Shown here: one piece after another, positions 1 through 10,899 of the stretch
Position numbering within the stretch: position 1 is the stretch's first letter
Layout of the letters: every line of letters starts with the position of its first letter
Origin: an uncultured Chloroflexia bacterium
GTDB taxonomy: Bacteria; Chloroflexota; Anaerolineae; Anaerolineales; UBA4823
Direction of reading: 5' to 3'
Assembly: GCA_963765565.1 (NCBI GenBank)
Contig: CAVXWV010000010.1
Location: 197,046-261,045 of the forward strand
Length of the DNA: 64,000 nt
Translations under genes and position numbers: made by a program
Notes under the pieces: generated by a model
Database searches by the model: none
What the model was told of the DNA's origin: nothing
What the model saw: the letters and a program-made list of their open reading frames with translations, nothing else

Positions 1-690
1 GTGCGCGAGGTGCCGCACCAGACCTCGATCACCAAGGATAACGCCTCCATCTCAATCGACTTCCTGTGGTATTTCAAGGTGGTTGACCCGGCGGATAGCG
101 TGCTCCAGGTGGGCAACTTTGAGTCTGCTGCGGCTGGTATGGCCACGACCACGCTGCGCGCCGTCATCGGCGGCATCCCTCTCGACGATGCCCTTTCGGA
201 ACGCGAGCACATCAACAATATGCTGCGCACCCGCCTGGACGAGGTCACCGAGCGCTGGGGTGTCAAGGTGACCAATGTTGAGATTCGCGAGATCATCCCG
301 CCGCGCGAGATCCTGGATGCCATGAATCGCCAGATGTCGGCAGAGCGCATCCGCCGCGCCGTCGTGACCGAATCGGAAGGTTCGCGTGAAGCCCAGGTGA
401 ACGTGGCGACCGGCGAGAAGCAGGCCAATATCCTGCGCGCCGAGGGCGAAAAGCAGGGCGCCATCCTGCGCGCCGAAGGTGAAAAATTGAGCCAGCTCCT
501 GCGCGCCGAAGGTTACTCGGCTGCCCTGGATAAGATCTTCTCGGTGGCTCAAAATATCGACACCAAGACCATGACCCTGCAGTATTTTGAAGCCTTGAAG
601 GGTATCGGCGCCAGCCCGTCCACCAAGTATATTTTCCCGATGGAGTTCACCAGCCTGCTGCAGGATTTTGTCTCGAAGATTAAGTCCTGA
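1..690 (+). CDS. SPFH/band-7 (stomatin-prohibitin-like) protein, N-terminus cut by window edge
   Basis: ORF 1..690. SPFH core (ITKDNASISIDFLWYFKVVDP...LRAVIGGIPLDDALSEREHIN) followed by Ala/Glu/Lys repeats (ANILRAEGEKQGAILRAEGEK) typical of the family. Confidence 0.85.
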   Translation: MREVPHQTSITKDNASISIDFLWYFKVVDPADSVLQVGNFESAAAGMATTTLRAVIGGIPLDDALSEREHINNMLRTRLDEVTERWGVKVTNVEIREIIPPREILDAMNRQMSAERIRRAVVTESEGSREAQVNVATGEKQANILRAEGEKQGAILRAEGEKLSQLLRAEGYSAALDKIFSVAQNIDTKTMTLQYFEALKGIGASPSTKYIFPMEFTSLLQDFVSKIKS

Positions 691-697
691 TCGCGGT

Positions 698-1198
698 ATG
701 AGTCCCGGAAATGAACCTGCGCCAGGTAGCCGTTTCAACATCGAAACGGCGACTTGGCGTGATTTAAATGCACTGCGTCACCTCGAGCAGGTCTGCTTTC
801 CGAAGGATGCCTGGCCAATCTGGGACCTGGTGGGTGTGCTGACGGTCTCGAATGTGGTGCGCTTGAAGACGGTCCTCGACGGCAAGATGGTCGGTTTTAT
901 TGCCGGGGATTGGCGCCGCTCCGACAATGTGGCCTGGATTTCGACGGTGGGCGTCCTGCCGGAGTACCGCTGCCAGGGTATCGGCCGGGCGTTGATCGCA
1001 GCCTGCGAGCAGCGCCTGGGCGGTCGCATCATCCGTTTGAGCGTGCGCAGTTCAAACCAGCAGGCGATCCGCCTGTACGAAAGCCTGGGCTACCATCGCC
1101 TGGGTACCTGGCCGGAGTATTACCAGGGGGGTGAAGACGCCCTGGTGATGGAGAAGGGGAACGGCGTTGCTGGCGAAAGCTTCCCCGAAGAGGTTTAA
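698..1198 (+). CDS. GNAT N-acetyltransferase, RimI-like
   Basis: Track ORF 668..1198; in-frame ATG at 698. Acetyl-CoA-binding region VGVLPEYRCQGIGRALI and C-terminal AIRLYESLGY are GNAT hallmarks. Confidence 0.8.
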   Translation: MSPGNEPAPGSRFNIETATWRDLNALRHLEQVCFPKDAWPIWDLVGVLTVSNVVRLKTVLDGKMVGFIAGDWRRSDNVAWISTVGVLPEYRCQGIGRALIAACEQRLGGRIIRLSVRSSNQQAIRLYESLGYHRLGTWPEYYQGGEDALVMEKGNGVAGESFPEEV

Positions 1199-1235
1199 CC
1201 GGGTTTTTTTGGGGTTATCCGCTATAATTCAAACG

Positions 1236-2390
1236 ATGGAGTTTCCAAGTAATGTCGAGCAACTACCTCCTGCCAGCCTGATCACGCGCCAGGCAGACCT
1301 GGCGCAGCTTGTTGAGCACCTGCTGGGTGAGGCGATCATCGCTGTGGACACCGAGTCCAACAGCCTGTATGTCTACCGCGAGCGCGTTTGCATGCTGCAG
1401 TTCTCAACGCACCAGGGCGATTTCCTGGTGGATCCGCTGGTGCTCAAGGACCTCTCACCCCTGGCGCCGGTTTTTGCCAGCCCTGCCCTCGAGAAAGTCT
1501 TCCACGCCGCCGAGTACGACGTGATCTGTCTGAAGCGCGATTTTCACTTCCAGTTTGCCGGCCTTTTCGATACCATGATCGCCTCGCGCATCCTGGGGCG
1601 CAGCGCTTTTGGACTGGGCGACCTGCTGCAGTCTGAGTTCGGCGTGCAGATCGACAAGCATTTCCAGCGCGCCGATTGGGGTCAGCGCCCGCTGCCTGCC
1701 GGCCTGCTGCAGTACGCCCGCCTGGATACGCATTTCTTGATCCCGCTGCGCCAGCGCCTGGCGGATGAGCTGGATGCGCGCGGCTTGCGGCCCCTGGCTC
1801 AGGAGGATTTTGCGCGCCTGGCCAGCCTGGAGACCAACGGGCGCAATGACCAGCCCAAAAACAATGACTTCTGGGGACTACGCGGTGCCAGCGACCTGAC
1901 CCCGCAGCAGGCAGCCGTCCTGCAGGAGCTGTGCCGCTACCGTGAGTCCAGGGCTCGCTCTATGGATCGCCCGTTATTTAAAGTCATGAACGACCAGACG
2001 CTGGTGTCCATTGCCGCGGCCTGCCCGGCCACCTTGAGTGAGTTGGGTGCGCTTCCGGGGATGAGCCGCGGCCAGGTGGATCGCCACGGGTTCCAGCTTT
2101 TACATGCCGTGCAGCGCGGGCTCAAGGCTAAACCATTACAGTACAGGCGCTCGCCTCGCCCGGAGGAAGCCTACCTGGAGCGCCTGGACCGTTTGCGCCG
2201 CTGGCGCAAGACTGCCGCTGCAGCCATGTCCGTCCAATCGGATGTGATCCTGCCGCGCGACCTGATGGAAGTGCTCGCCCAGCAGAATCCAGATACTGCA
2301 GAATCCCTCGCCAGGGTCATGGCCAGCGCGCCCTGGCGCTTCCAGCAGTTTGGCGAGCAAATCCTGCTTCTTTTGAAAGGACCAACATGA
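1236..2390 (+). CDS. rnd: Ribonuclease D-like 3'-5' exonuclease with HRDC domain
   Basis: Track ORF 1167..2390; ATG at 1236. DEDD exonuclease motifs (AVDTESNSLY, HAAEYD, ARLDTHFL) and a C-terminal HRDC-like segment (AVLQELCRYRESRARSMDRPLFKVMND). Confidence 0.8.
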   Translation: MEFPSNVEQLPPASLITRQADLAQLVEHLLGEAIIAVDTESNSLYVYRERVCMLQFSTHQGDFLVDPLVLKDLSPLAPVFASPALEKVFHAAEYDVICLKRDFHFQFAGLFDTMIASRILGRSAFGLGDLLQSEFGVQIDKHFQRADWGQRPLPAGLLQYARLDTHFLIPLRQRLADELDARGLRPLAQEDFARLASLETNGRNDQPKNNDFWGLRGASDLTPQQAAVLQELCRYRESRARSMDRPLFKVMNDQTLVSIAAACPATLSELGALPGMSRGQVDRHGFQLLHAVQRGLKAKPLQYRRSPRPEEAYLERLDRLRRWRKTAAAAMSVQSDVILPRDLMEVLAQQNPDTAESLARVMASAPWRFQQFGEQILLLLKGPT

Positions 2391-3788
2391 TAATTACTTT
2401 TCTCGGCGCTGCGCGCACCGTCACCGGCTCGCAGTACCTGCTTGAAATCAACGGCAGCCGCCTGTTGCTGGAATGTGGTCTCTTCCAGGGGCGCCGCCAG
2501 GACACCTACGAGCGCAATCGCAATTTTGCCTTTTCTCCCAGGAAGCTGGACGCCGTCATCCTATCGCATGCGCACATCGACCACAGCGGCAACCTGCCCA
2601 ACCTGGTCAAAAACGGCTACACCGGTCCCATTTACTGCACCGAAGCCACTGCCCACCTGGGCAACGTGATGCTGATCGATTCGGGTCACGTCCAGGAATC
2701 GGACGTGGAGTTTGTCAACAAAAAGCGTCTCAAGCGCGGTGAGCCGCCGGTAGAGCCGCTGTATTCACTCGAAGACGCAGCCCAGGTGGCCCAGTATTTT
2801 TCCCCCGTACCCTATCACCAGGAGTTTGAGCCGGTGCCCGGGGTGACCGCTCACCTGGTCGATGCCGGGCACATCCTCGGCTCAGCCGGCGTGATTCTGG
2901 ATGTTCGGGAGAACGGCCGCAAGTTTCGCTTCATGGTTCTCCGGTGATATTGGTCGTCCCGGCTGCCGCTGCTGCGCGATCCCGAGCTGCCGCGAAAAGG
3001 TCGATTACCTGATGATGGAATGCACCTACGGCGACAAACCCCACCGCGAGCCGCAGCTCGCTTACGAGGAAATGCGCCAGGTGATCGCCCGAACCATCGA
3101 GCGCGGTGGCAAGGTGATCATCCCGGCCTTTGCCGTGGGGCGCACCCAGGAGCTGGTCTACAACCTGCACCAGATGATCTCATGGCGGCGAGCTGCCGCG
3201 CATCCCGGTGATCGTCGATAGCCCGCTGGCGGTGAATGCCACCAACATCTTCCGCCAGCACCCCGAGTGCTTTGATGAGGAAACCCACGAATTCGTGCGC
3301 CAGGATAAGCACCGCCGGCGCTGGGCTTTGATATGCTGACTTACACACGCTCGGTGGAGGAATCCAAAGCGCTCAACGACCGCAAAGAGCCGATGGTCAT
3401 CATCTCGGCCTCGGGCATGGCCGAAGCCGGCCGCATTCTGCACCACCTGCGCAATAACATTGAAAATCCGCGCAACACGGTGATGATCGTCTCCTGGCAG
3501 GCGCCCTATACGCTGGGCAGGCGCCTGGCTGACCGCGAGCCAGAAGTGCGCATCTTTGGCGAGACCTACCAGCGCCGCGCCGAGGTTGCCACCATCGGCG
3601 GTTTATCGGCGCATGCCGGGCAAAACTTTCTGCTGCAGTACGCTGCAGCCTCTCGCAGCAGTCTCAAGAAAATCATCCTGGTCCATGGCGAGCCGGACGC
3701 TTCCGAGGCGCTGCAAGCCGAGATGCTGAGGCGCGACCTGCCCCCGGTGCAGTACCCGGAGATCAACTCAAAGATTGAAATTGGGTAA
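2387..3788 (+). pseudogene. MBL-fold / beta-CASP RNA-metabolising hydrolase, multiple frame breaks
   Basis: Track ORFs 2387..2947, 2901..3221 and 3333..3788 together give one protein (HAHIDHSGNLP, MECTYGD, GGLSAHAG). The conserved peptide RLPLLRDPELP is readable only in another frame at 2960-2992. At least five frame changes, near 2940, 2959, 2993, 3185 and 3325. Confidence 0.75.
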
Positions 3789-3804
3789 CCGGCGATTTTT
3801 AATC

Positions 3805-3843
3805 GCCGAGCCTAATTGCCGAGCCTAATTGCCGAGCCTAATC
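3805..3843. repeat. 13-bp tandem repeat x3 (gccgagcctaatt) in a convergent intergenic region
   Basis: Read directly: gccgagcctaatt gccgagcctaatt gccgagcctaatc. It is preceded by the small hairpin ggcgatt-ttt-aatcgcc at 3790-3806. Confidence 0.9.
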
Positions 3844-3850
3844 CCCATCT

Positions 3851-4958
3851 TTAATCGCCAAACGTGATCCCCAGGTCGCGGGCGGTCAGGACCGTGTCGC
3901 AGTCCAGCGGCACACCTTTCATGCGGCCGGCCACTTCTTCAAGCGGAACGTACTTCACCGTAGGCGGGTCGAGCGCGACCATCACGCCGCGCTGCCCTTC
4001 CTCGATGGCGCGCACCGCCGCCGCTCCAAAGCGCAGGGCAAGCAGGCGGTCGTAAGCAATCGGCGAGCCGCCGCGCAGCAGGTGCCCCAGCACAACCAGG
4101 CGCGTCTCCTTGCCAGTCAGCTCCTGGAGCTCGGCGGTGATGCGCTCGCCGACCCCGCCCAGGCGCTCGGCGCGGCCGACCTCGTGGCTGATCACGGAGG
4201 TCGCGCCGTCCTTGGGCATAGCACCCTCGGCGACGACTACGAGCGAGAAGTTCCTGCCCAGGCGCTCGCGCCCCAGGATGTATTCGGCGACCTTGTTCAG
4301 GTCGTAAGGAATTTCGGGGATCAGGATGGCATCTGCGGAGCCGGCCACGCCGCATTCCAGGGCGATCCAACCGGCGTAGCGTCCCATCACTTCGACCACG
4401 AAAACCCGGCGGTGCGAGGCGGCGGTGCTGTGCAGGCGGTCGAGTGCTTCTGTAGCGAAGTCCACGGCAGTCTGGAAACCGAAGGTGACGACCGTCTTAT
4501 CCAGGTCGTTGTCAATCGTCTTGGGCACGCCCACCACGTGCAGGCCCTTTTTTGCCAGTGCATAAGAGATGGCCAGCGAGCCATCGCCGCCGATGCTGAT
4601 CAGGGCGTCGATCCCGTGCATCTGGAAGGAGCGGATCAGCTCGTCCGATCGGTCGATTTCGGTGATGTTGCCCTGGAAATCTTTAACCGGGAAATGCCAG
4701 CGGGTTGCCGCGGTTGGTGGTGCCCAGGATGGTGCCCCCCAGGTGCGTGATGCCGCGCACACGGTCCCGCGTCAGCGGGATCAGCCCGCCTTCGATGTAG
4801 TTTTGAGGCATCATCAAGCCGTTGTAGCCGTCGCGGATGCCGTACACTTCCCAGCCGCGGTTGACCCCGGCCAGCGTGGCGGCCCGGATGACGGCATTCA
4901 AACCCGGCGCGTCGCCTCCGCCGGTGGAAATGGCAATTTTTTTGGTTGGAGTGGGCAT
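3851..4958 (-). CDS. pfkA: ATP-dependent 6-phosphofructokinase, one frame break near 4695
   Basis: Track ORFs 4683..4958 (KKIAISTGGGDAPGLNAVIR) and 3851..4762 (GIDALISIGGDGS, VGVPKTIDNDL, MGRYAGW) are the N- and C-terminal parts of one PFK. Confidence 0.85.
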
Positions 4959-5090
4959 GGAAACCTTCCAGATGGATGATTAATTAGGAAAATTGTTATT
5001 GACTATACCCAAGAGCCCTGGATTTGTCAAACCCACCTTTGTCTTGTCGTTGCGATTCTGGTTGAGATTGCTTCACTTCGTTCGCAATGA

Positions 5091-6620
5091 CTATTGATAA
5101 GGTCGATTGGCCTCTGCCAGGCGTTTCTTCACCATACTCAAATATTCATCGCGTACATCTTTTTGTGAATTCGCCAGGTTGTTCAGCTCTTCCGGGTCGT
5201 TTTCGATGTCGTACAGCTCAACCAGCTCCCCGCTTTCATCCAGTTCCGGATAGCCAAAGTAATTGATCAGCTTGTATTGGTCTTTGATATAGGCCACGGA
5301 ACCCGTTGTGATCGGAACCTCTTTCGGCGTGGACTTGGCTTCGACGACGAATATCGGGTGTTCCAAACTACCATCAGCATAGGGTGGCAGGACATACCCC
5401 TCGGACCATGCCGGGAGCGGGTGTCCCGTGACCTGCAGCAGGGTCGGCAGGATATCGACGGCACTCGTCTTTTGATGCACGTCCAGGCGCGCCGTCCGTC
5501 CCGGCTCCCAGATCACCAGGGGGATGCGGATGACTGCCTGGTTCAACAGCGGGGTGAGATGCTTGGCCACGCCTCGCTCGAACAGCTCGCCGTGGTCCGA
5601 GGTCAGCAAGACCCAGGTGTTCTCCAGCATACCGGCCGTCTCCAGGTTCTCGAACAGGCGCCCGAATTCGGCGTCGGCGTACAGGATGAACTCGTCGTAA
5701 GCCCGGCGCTGTTTATCCAGCTGCGCTTCCGGGATGTCCTGCGTAAACAGGTGCTCGGGCTTGCGGACGGGCTGGTAGCCGTCCTTCTGGAAGCGCTGGT
5801 AGAAATCCTTGCGCGTGTTGTAGGGGTTATGCGGCGGTAGCAGGTGGTAATAAGCCAGGAAGGGTTGGGGCAGCTCGGGGAACGCCCCCAGCATGTATTC
5901 GACGGCCTGCTCGAGCAGGTAATAATTGTCCTGGTTGGTGAAGGGAATTCCCAAGGGGAAGATCTTCTTCGTGTTTTCCTGGATGTCTTTCCGGAACTGC
6001 TTGTAGATTTCCGAAAAATAGAGCGAATACGCATGTCCTTCATCCTGCTTTTTCAGGGCGCGCCCCCACGCCAGCGAGGCAATGTCGTAATCCTGGTTGA
6101 ACAGGGTATTGACGACTTCGTCGTTGCTCAGGAACAATTTCTCCCGGGGGATATATTCCTGGATGCTGCCGGCAAACTGGTTGAACAGTGATGCCACCAG
6201 CGAGTTGTGGGTATAAACTGTGCGGTAATACTCGGGAAAAGCCTGGAAGATATTCTGGCTGGGATAGGGCTCAACTACCTTCCCGTTGTGCCGCAGCGCC
6301 CGGTGTGTCCACGGCAGCGTCCCGGTCAGCAGGGATGCCGTCCCCGGGGAGGTGAAGTTCCCACCGGAATAATGGTTGTGGAAGACCACCGCCTTCTGGA
6401 CCAGCTGCGACAGGTTCGGCATCGTCTCCCGGGGATAGCCGTGCAGGGACAGGTGGTGCGCCGACAGTGCGTCCAGGATGACGATTAAGATGTTCTTCTG
6501 CTCTGAAGGTCCCTGCTGGGTGAGTTCAACACCCCCGGCAGGATGTTTAAGCAAGCCTGGCGGCAGCACCAGCCCAAGCGAGGCGATTCCCATGAGTTTC
6601 AAGAAAGCTCTTCTGTCCAT
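5091..6620 (-). CDS. Sulfatase-like alkaline-phosphatase-superfamily hydrolase with Tat-type signal
   Basis: 509-aa ORF. N-terminal MDRRAFLKLMGIASLG; core ILIVILDALSAHHLSLHGYPRETMPNL and LLTSDHGE. T-S-P-G-T sits where formylglycine sulfatases carry C/S-x-P-x-R. Confidence 0.75.
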   Translation of the reverse strand: MDRRAFLKLMGIASLGLVLPPGLLKHPAGGVELTQQGPSEQKNILIVILDALSAHHLSLHGYPRETMPNLSQLVQKAVVFHNHYSGGNFTSPGTASLLTGTLPWTHRALRHNGKVVEPYPSQNIFQAFPEYYRTVYTHNSLVASLFNQFAGSIQEYIPREKLFLSNDEVVNTLFNQDYDIASLAWGRALKKQDEGHAYSLYFSEIYKQFRKDIQENTKKIFPLGIPFTNQDNYYLLEQAVEYMLGAFPELPQPFLAYYHLLPPHNPYNTRKDFYQRFQKDGYQPVRKPEHLFTQDIPEAQLDKQRRAYDEFILYADAEFGRLFENLETAGMLENTWVLLTSDHGELFERGVAKHLTPLLNQAVIRIPLVIWEPGRTARLDVHQKTSAVDILPTLLQVTGHPLPAWSEGYVLPPYADGSLEHPIFVVEAKSTPKEVPITTGSVAYIKDQYKLINYFGYPELDESGELVELYDIENDPEELNNLANSQKDVRDEYLSMVKKRLAEANRPYQ

Positions 6621-6686
6621 AAGCCAGGGGCTATTATACCCTCATAAAAAGAGAGTATAATTGCCGGGATTAAGGAGTGCCTGTTT

Positions 6687-6884
6687 ATGTATATTGATCC
6701 CAATACCGGTGGTGCGATCTTCCAGGCCCTGGCTGTATTCTTTACCGTTATCTCTGGATTCGTCCTCCTCTTTTCCGGCAAAATTCGCATGTGGTGGGCG
6801 CGTTTACGCCGCAACCGCACCGAGAAAAACCAGCCACCGGGCGAGGCGGGAAGCCCCGACCGCCCGGACGAGCCCAAACCGTAA
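6687..6884 (+). CDS. Small single-pass membrane protein (hypothetical)
   Basis: 65-aa ORF with one hydrophobic helix (GGAIFQALAVFFTVISGFVLLF) and a charged tail. Sits directly upstream of the phosphodiesterase-like gene. Confidence 0.35.
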   Translation: MYIDPNTGGAIFQALAVFFTVISGFVLLFSGKIRMWWARLRRNRTEKNQPPGEAGSPDRPDEPKP

Positions 6885-6908
6885 TCCGAGCAGAGGCCAG
6901 GTCAGCCG

Positions 6909-8748
6909 ATGAGGACGGTCATTTTAGGGCTGGATGCCTTCGATCCAGGCCTTTTTGAAAATCTGTCAGAACGCGGCGAGCTGCCCAACCTGGGCAAGCT
7001 CAGCCGCCTCGGGGGCTACGCCCGCTTCGAGGTTTCCAACCCGCCGCAAAGCGAGGTTTCCTGGACGAGTATCGCCACCGGGGCTGACCCGGGTGTGCAC
7101 GGCATGTTCGATTTCGTCCACCACGACCCGCGCACGTATGCCTTGATCCCCTCGCTGCTGCAAACCCGCAGCAGCGCCCTGGGCGTCCAGTTCATCCCTG
7201 CTTACACGGCAAAAACGCTCTTCGAAGCGACCACGGATCAGGGCTATCCGGCGATGGTCCTCTGGTGGCCTGCGCTCTTCCCTGCCCGGCCCGAGCTGCC
7301 GGTGGCGACCTTCCCGGGCTTGGGTACGCCTGACGTGCAGGGACGCCTGGGCGTTGGCGCCCTCTATTCCCCTGACCCCGAGCTGGCAAAGCTGCCCGTA
7401 AAAACGGCCGTCGAGCCGCTCCAAAAAGCCTCCGCCGGCGTTTACCGCGGCGCCCTCCAGGGTCCCCGCCGTCAGTCGCATGGCAGCGAGCAGCCGGTCA
7501 GCCTCGATTTCCAGCTTGAGATCAAAGATGAGAAGCGCGCCCGCCTCACCATCGAAAAACAGGTCATCGACCTGCAGGTGGGACAGTGGAGCCCGCTGGT
7601 TGAAGTTTCCTTCCGCATGGGCTTCCTGGCGACCGTGGGCGCCGTCACCCGCCTCCTGCTCAGCCAGGCTGGCAGCGAGCCGCGCCTGTATTTCCTGCCC
7701 CTGCAGATTCACCCGCTGCACACGCCCTGGCGTTACGCCACCCCGCCCGATTTTGTGCGTAAGGTTTGGAAAGAGTTCCGGCCCGTTCCTGACCCTGGGC
7801 TGGCCTCAGGACACCACCGCCCTCGAAGAGGGCTGGATCGATGACCAGCAGTTCCTTGACCTATGCCTTGCCATCGACGAGCGCCGCGAGCAGATCTTCT
7901 TCAACCAACTGGGGCGCTTCCGTGAAGGGGTACTTGCTAACGTCTTCGACTTCCTCGACCGCGTCCAGCACATGTTCCTGGCCAGCCGTCCGGACGTGGT
8001 CGAGGACTACTACCGCTGCCTGGACGCCCTGGTTGGCAAGGTCGTGGCTGCCCTGGCAGACCCAGGGCGCGCCGGGACGCGCCTGCTGGTCGTCTCCGAC
8101 CACGGCTTTTCCACTTTCCACACCAAGGTCAACCTCAACCACTGGCTGATCGAGCGCGGCTACCTGGCACAGGCAAGCCAGGATGGCGCCAGCGACCTCA
8201 CCAACGTCGACTGGTCCCGCAGCCGGGCTTACGCCCTCGGACTCAACAGCCTGTACCTGAACCTGCAGGGCCGCGAGGGGCAGGGTGCGTTACCTTTAAC
8301 TGAGCTTGAGACCTTCCGTCAAAACCTTGCGGACGACCTGGAGAGCTGGCAGGATGGCAGCGGCCGCCGCGTGGTCGAGCAGGCTTATCTGCGCGAAGAG
8401 GCGTTCAACGGCGGCTATTTATCCCAGGCGCCCGACTTGGTGGTGGGCTACGCACCCGGCTTCCGTGCTTCTGCGGATACCGGCCTCGGCAAGTGGGAGG
8501 GGCGCAGCCTGGTTCCAAATGACGACCATTGGGGCGCCGACCACTGCATCGACCCGCAGGCGGTGCCCGGCGTGCTCTTTTCCAGCGACGGCCTCAGCGG
8601 TTTCTCCAAACCGAGCTTCCGCGACATCCCCTTCCTGGCGACTGGCCGCGAGCTGCAGCACCCCAACCAGGCGCCGCGCACCCCGCAGGGTCGCCTGGAG
8701 GATCAAAAAGCCATCGAGGAGAGGTTGAAAGGTCTTGGCTACCTTTAA
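6909..8748 (+). CDS. Type I phosphodiesterase/nucleotide pyrophosphatase-family (AP superfamily) protein, one frame break near 7775
   Basis: Track ORFs 6909..7844 and 7480..8748 join at ...FVRKVWKEF / GPFLTLGWPQDT. Motifs: GLDAFDP, SWTSIATG..HGMFDF, VVSDHGF. Confidence 0.7.
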
Positions 8749-9286
8749 GAGCCGTTCAGCCAGGCGGGAGGATATCTTCCTGCTGTGGTGGACGTGCGTT
8801 TTCCTGGTCTTTATCTGGGCGTTCTTCCAGTTGTTTAACCAGATTCCCTCTTTGCTCCTACGCTTCGACCTTGCCGGGGTGATTGGGGTATCGGCCTACA
8901 TCCTGGCCTTTGCCTTGCTCGAAAGCCTCGTTTTTTTTCTCGTCTTGTTTGTGCCGTTTTATGGCCTCTCCCTGCTGCTGCCACCCCGCTGGCTGCAGGC
9001 GCAGTGGGGCGTGCTGGCCAGCCTGGCGGCGCTCCTTGTGGCCGTCTTCGTCATGCTTTACCAGCGCAATCCCGAATTCCTGAACCTGGTTGGCCCGCGC
9101 CACCGGCTGCTCTACCTGGGCCTGCTGGGGCTCGCCTGCCTGGTCGCTTATTTCCTGCTGCTGCGCTTTCCCAGGCTGGCTGGCGGTTTGCGTTCCGTCC
9201 TGCAGAAGCTCTCGATCCTGTCGGTTTTCTATGCAGGTCTGGGCGTCTTATCGGTCTTGATCATTATGGTTCGTAACATTTTTTAG
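8735..9286 (+). CDS. Polytopic membrane protein (hypothetical)
   Basis: 183-aa ORF with 5-6 hydrophobic segments. Only a TTG start (8735) is available, overlapping the upstream stop. Confidence 0.45.
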   Translation: MATFKSRSARREDIFLLWWTCVFLVFIWAFFQLFNQIPSLLLRFDLAGVIGVSAYILAFALLESLVFFLVLFVPFYGLSLLLPPRWLQAQWGVLASLAALLVAVFVMLYQRNPEFLNLVGPRHRLLYLGLLGLACLVAYFLLLRFPRLAGGLRSVLQKLSILSVFYAGLGVLSVLIIMVRNIF

Positions 9287-9298
9287 AGTTCATTCATC

Positions 9299-10876
9299 AT
9301 GACGAACGATCTAAGCAGGCGTGAGTTCTTAAAAGCAGCCGGGTTGTTTTCCCTGGTAGGGCTGCCCATCATCCAGGGCCTCGACCGGCTGTCGGGAGCC
9401 GTCGCCGCTCCAGGCCAGCCGAATGTGCTGAATTAGACGAACGTGCCGCATCAGACGAATGTGCCGAATCAGCCGAACGTGCTGATCATCACCTTCGATG
9501 CCCTTTCGGCTTTCAACATGTCTTTATACGGTTACCCCCGCCAGACCACGCCGAACATCGAGCGCTTTGCCCGAGGCGCCACCGTTTTTCACAACCACTA
9601 CGCCGGCGGAAACGCCACCACCCCCGGCACGTCTTCCCTTCTTACCGGCACCCTGCCCTGGACGCACCACGGCTGCAACCTGCTGGGCCTGGTCGCCGAT
9701 TCCTCGGTGCCGCACAACCTGTTCGGCGCCGTGCCGGAGGACGTCTTTACCAGCACGTACACCCACAGCTTGATCGTGCTCAAACTGCTTTACCAGTTTC
9801 GGGATTCTCTTGCCGAGTTTGTCATGCCGCGCAAGCTGGCCTTTGCCGACTTGCAGTTTGCCGACCGGCTTTTCAGCGAAGATTACAACGCGGCCTATGC
9901 CGGCGAGAATATCATCTTGCGCGGGGATACGGGCACTTCCTCCTCGCTCTTCCTCTCGCTTCTCTTTCGATCACTTGCCCGCCAGCGTGAAGCGGTCATA
10001 AATCAGGCTAACCACGATTCCTTCCGCAAGGGCGTGCCCAACCAGGATTATGTCTATTTCAACCTGGAGAACGGCATCGACTGGACGATCGAGCAGATGA
10101 AAACGCTGCCCAGGCCTTTCCTATCCTATTACCATTTCCTGCCGCCCCACGACCCTTACCTGCCGCGCCGCGATTTTACCGGTCACTTTGTCGACTCCTA
10201 CGAGCCGCTGGAAAAGCCGGAGAGCTTTGCTACCGAAGGCTTCGACTACGGACAGTTGAAGCGCAACCGCCTGGTGTATGACCGCTTTATCGCCTATGTC
10301 GACTCCGAGTTTGGCCGCCTGCTGGATGCAATGGAAGCCAGCGGGGTGCTGGACAACACGTACGTGATCCTGACCTCCGACCACGGTGAGCTCTTCGAGC
10401 GCGGCATCCGCGGGCACGTCACCCCGGTCTTGTACGAGCCGTTGGTGCGCATTCCCCTGGTCATTTCGGTGCCCGGCCTGCGCCAGCGCCGGGATGTCTT
10501 TGATCCGACCTGCGCCGTCGACTTGCTGCCGACCATCGCCCACCTCTACGGCCAGCCGCCTCCAACCTGGACCGAAGGCTTTATCCTGCCGACCTTCAGC
10601 CCGGCCCAGCCGGATCCGCTGCGACCGGTGTTCGTTATGGACAGCAAGAGCGCCCCCAGGTACGGCCCGATGACGGACGGATCGTTTACCGTCATCCAGG
10701 AAGGCTACAAGCTCATTCACTACATCCGCGAGCCCGCCGAGCCAGATGAGCTGTACGACCTGGAAAACGATCCGGATGAGATGCTGAACATCGTCGACCA
10801 GCAGCCGGACCGTGCAGACTCCCTCCGGCAGCTCATCGAACAGAAGCTGGCCGAGGCGAACGAGCCTTATTTGTAG
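9299..10876 (+). CDS. Sulfatase-like AP-superfamily hydrolase (paralog of 5091..6620), interrupted by in-frame TAG at 9434-9436
   Basis: ATG 9299 encodes the Tat-type signal MTNDLSRREFLKAAGLFSLVG. The same frame continues into track ORF 9443..10876 (VLIITFDALSAFNMSLYGYPRQTTPNI, ILTSDHGE; T-T-P-G-T at the nucleophile position). Confidence 0.7.
9416..9487 (+). repeat. 18-bp coding tandem repeat x4 (QPNVLN / *TNVPH / QTNVPN / QPNVLI)
   Basis: cagccgaatgtgctgaat tagacgaacgtgccgcat cagacgaatgtgccgaat cagccgaacgtgctgatc. Unit 2 begins with TAG where the other units have CAG. Confidence 0.9.
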
Positions 10877-10899
10877 ATCCAGGCAAGAAGGACCTGACC

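Noticed and set aside
3805-3843. Possible CRISPR array (also considered for 9416-9487 and 11543-11606)
   Set aside because: The units of 13-18 bp are directly adjacent with no spacers, there are at most 3-4 copies, and no cas genes are present. These are simple tandem repeats.
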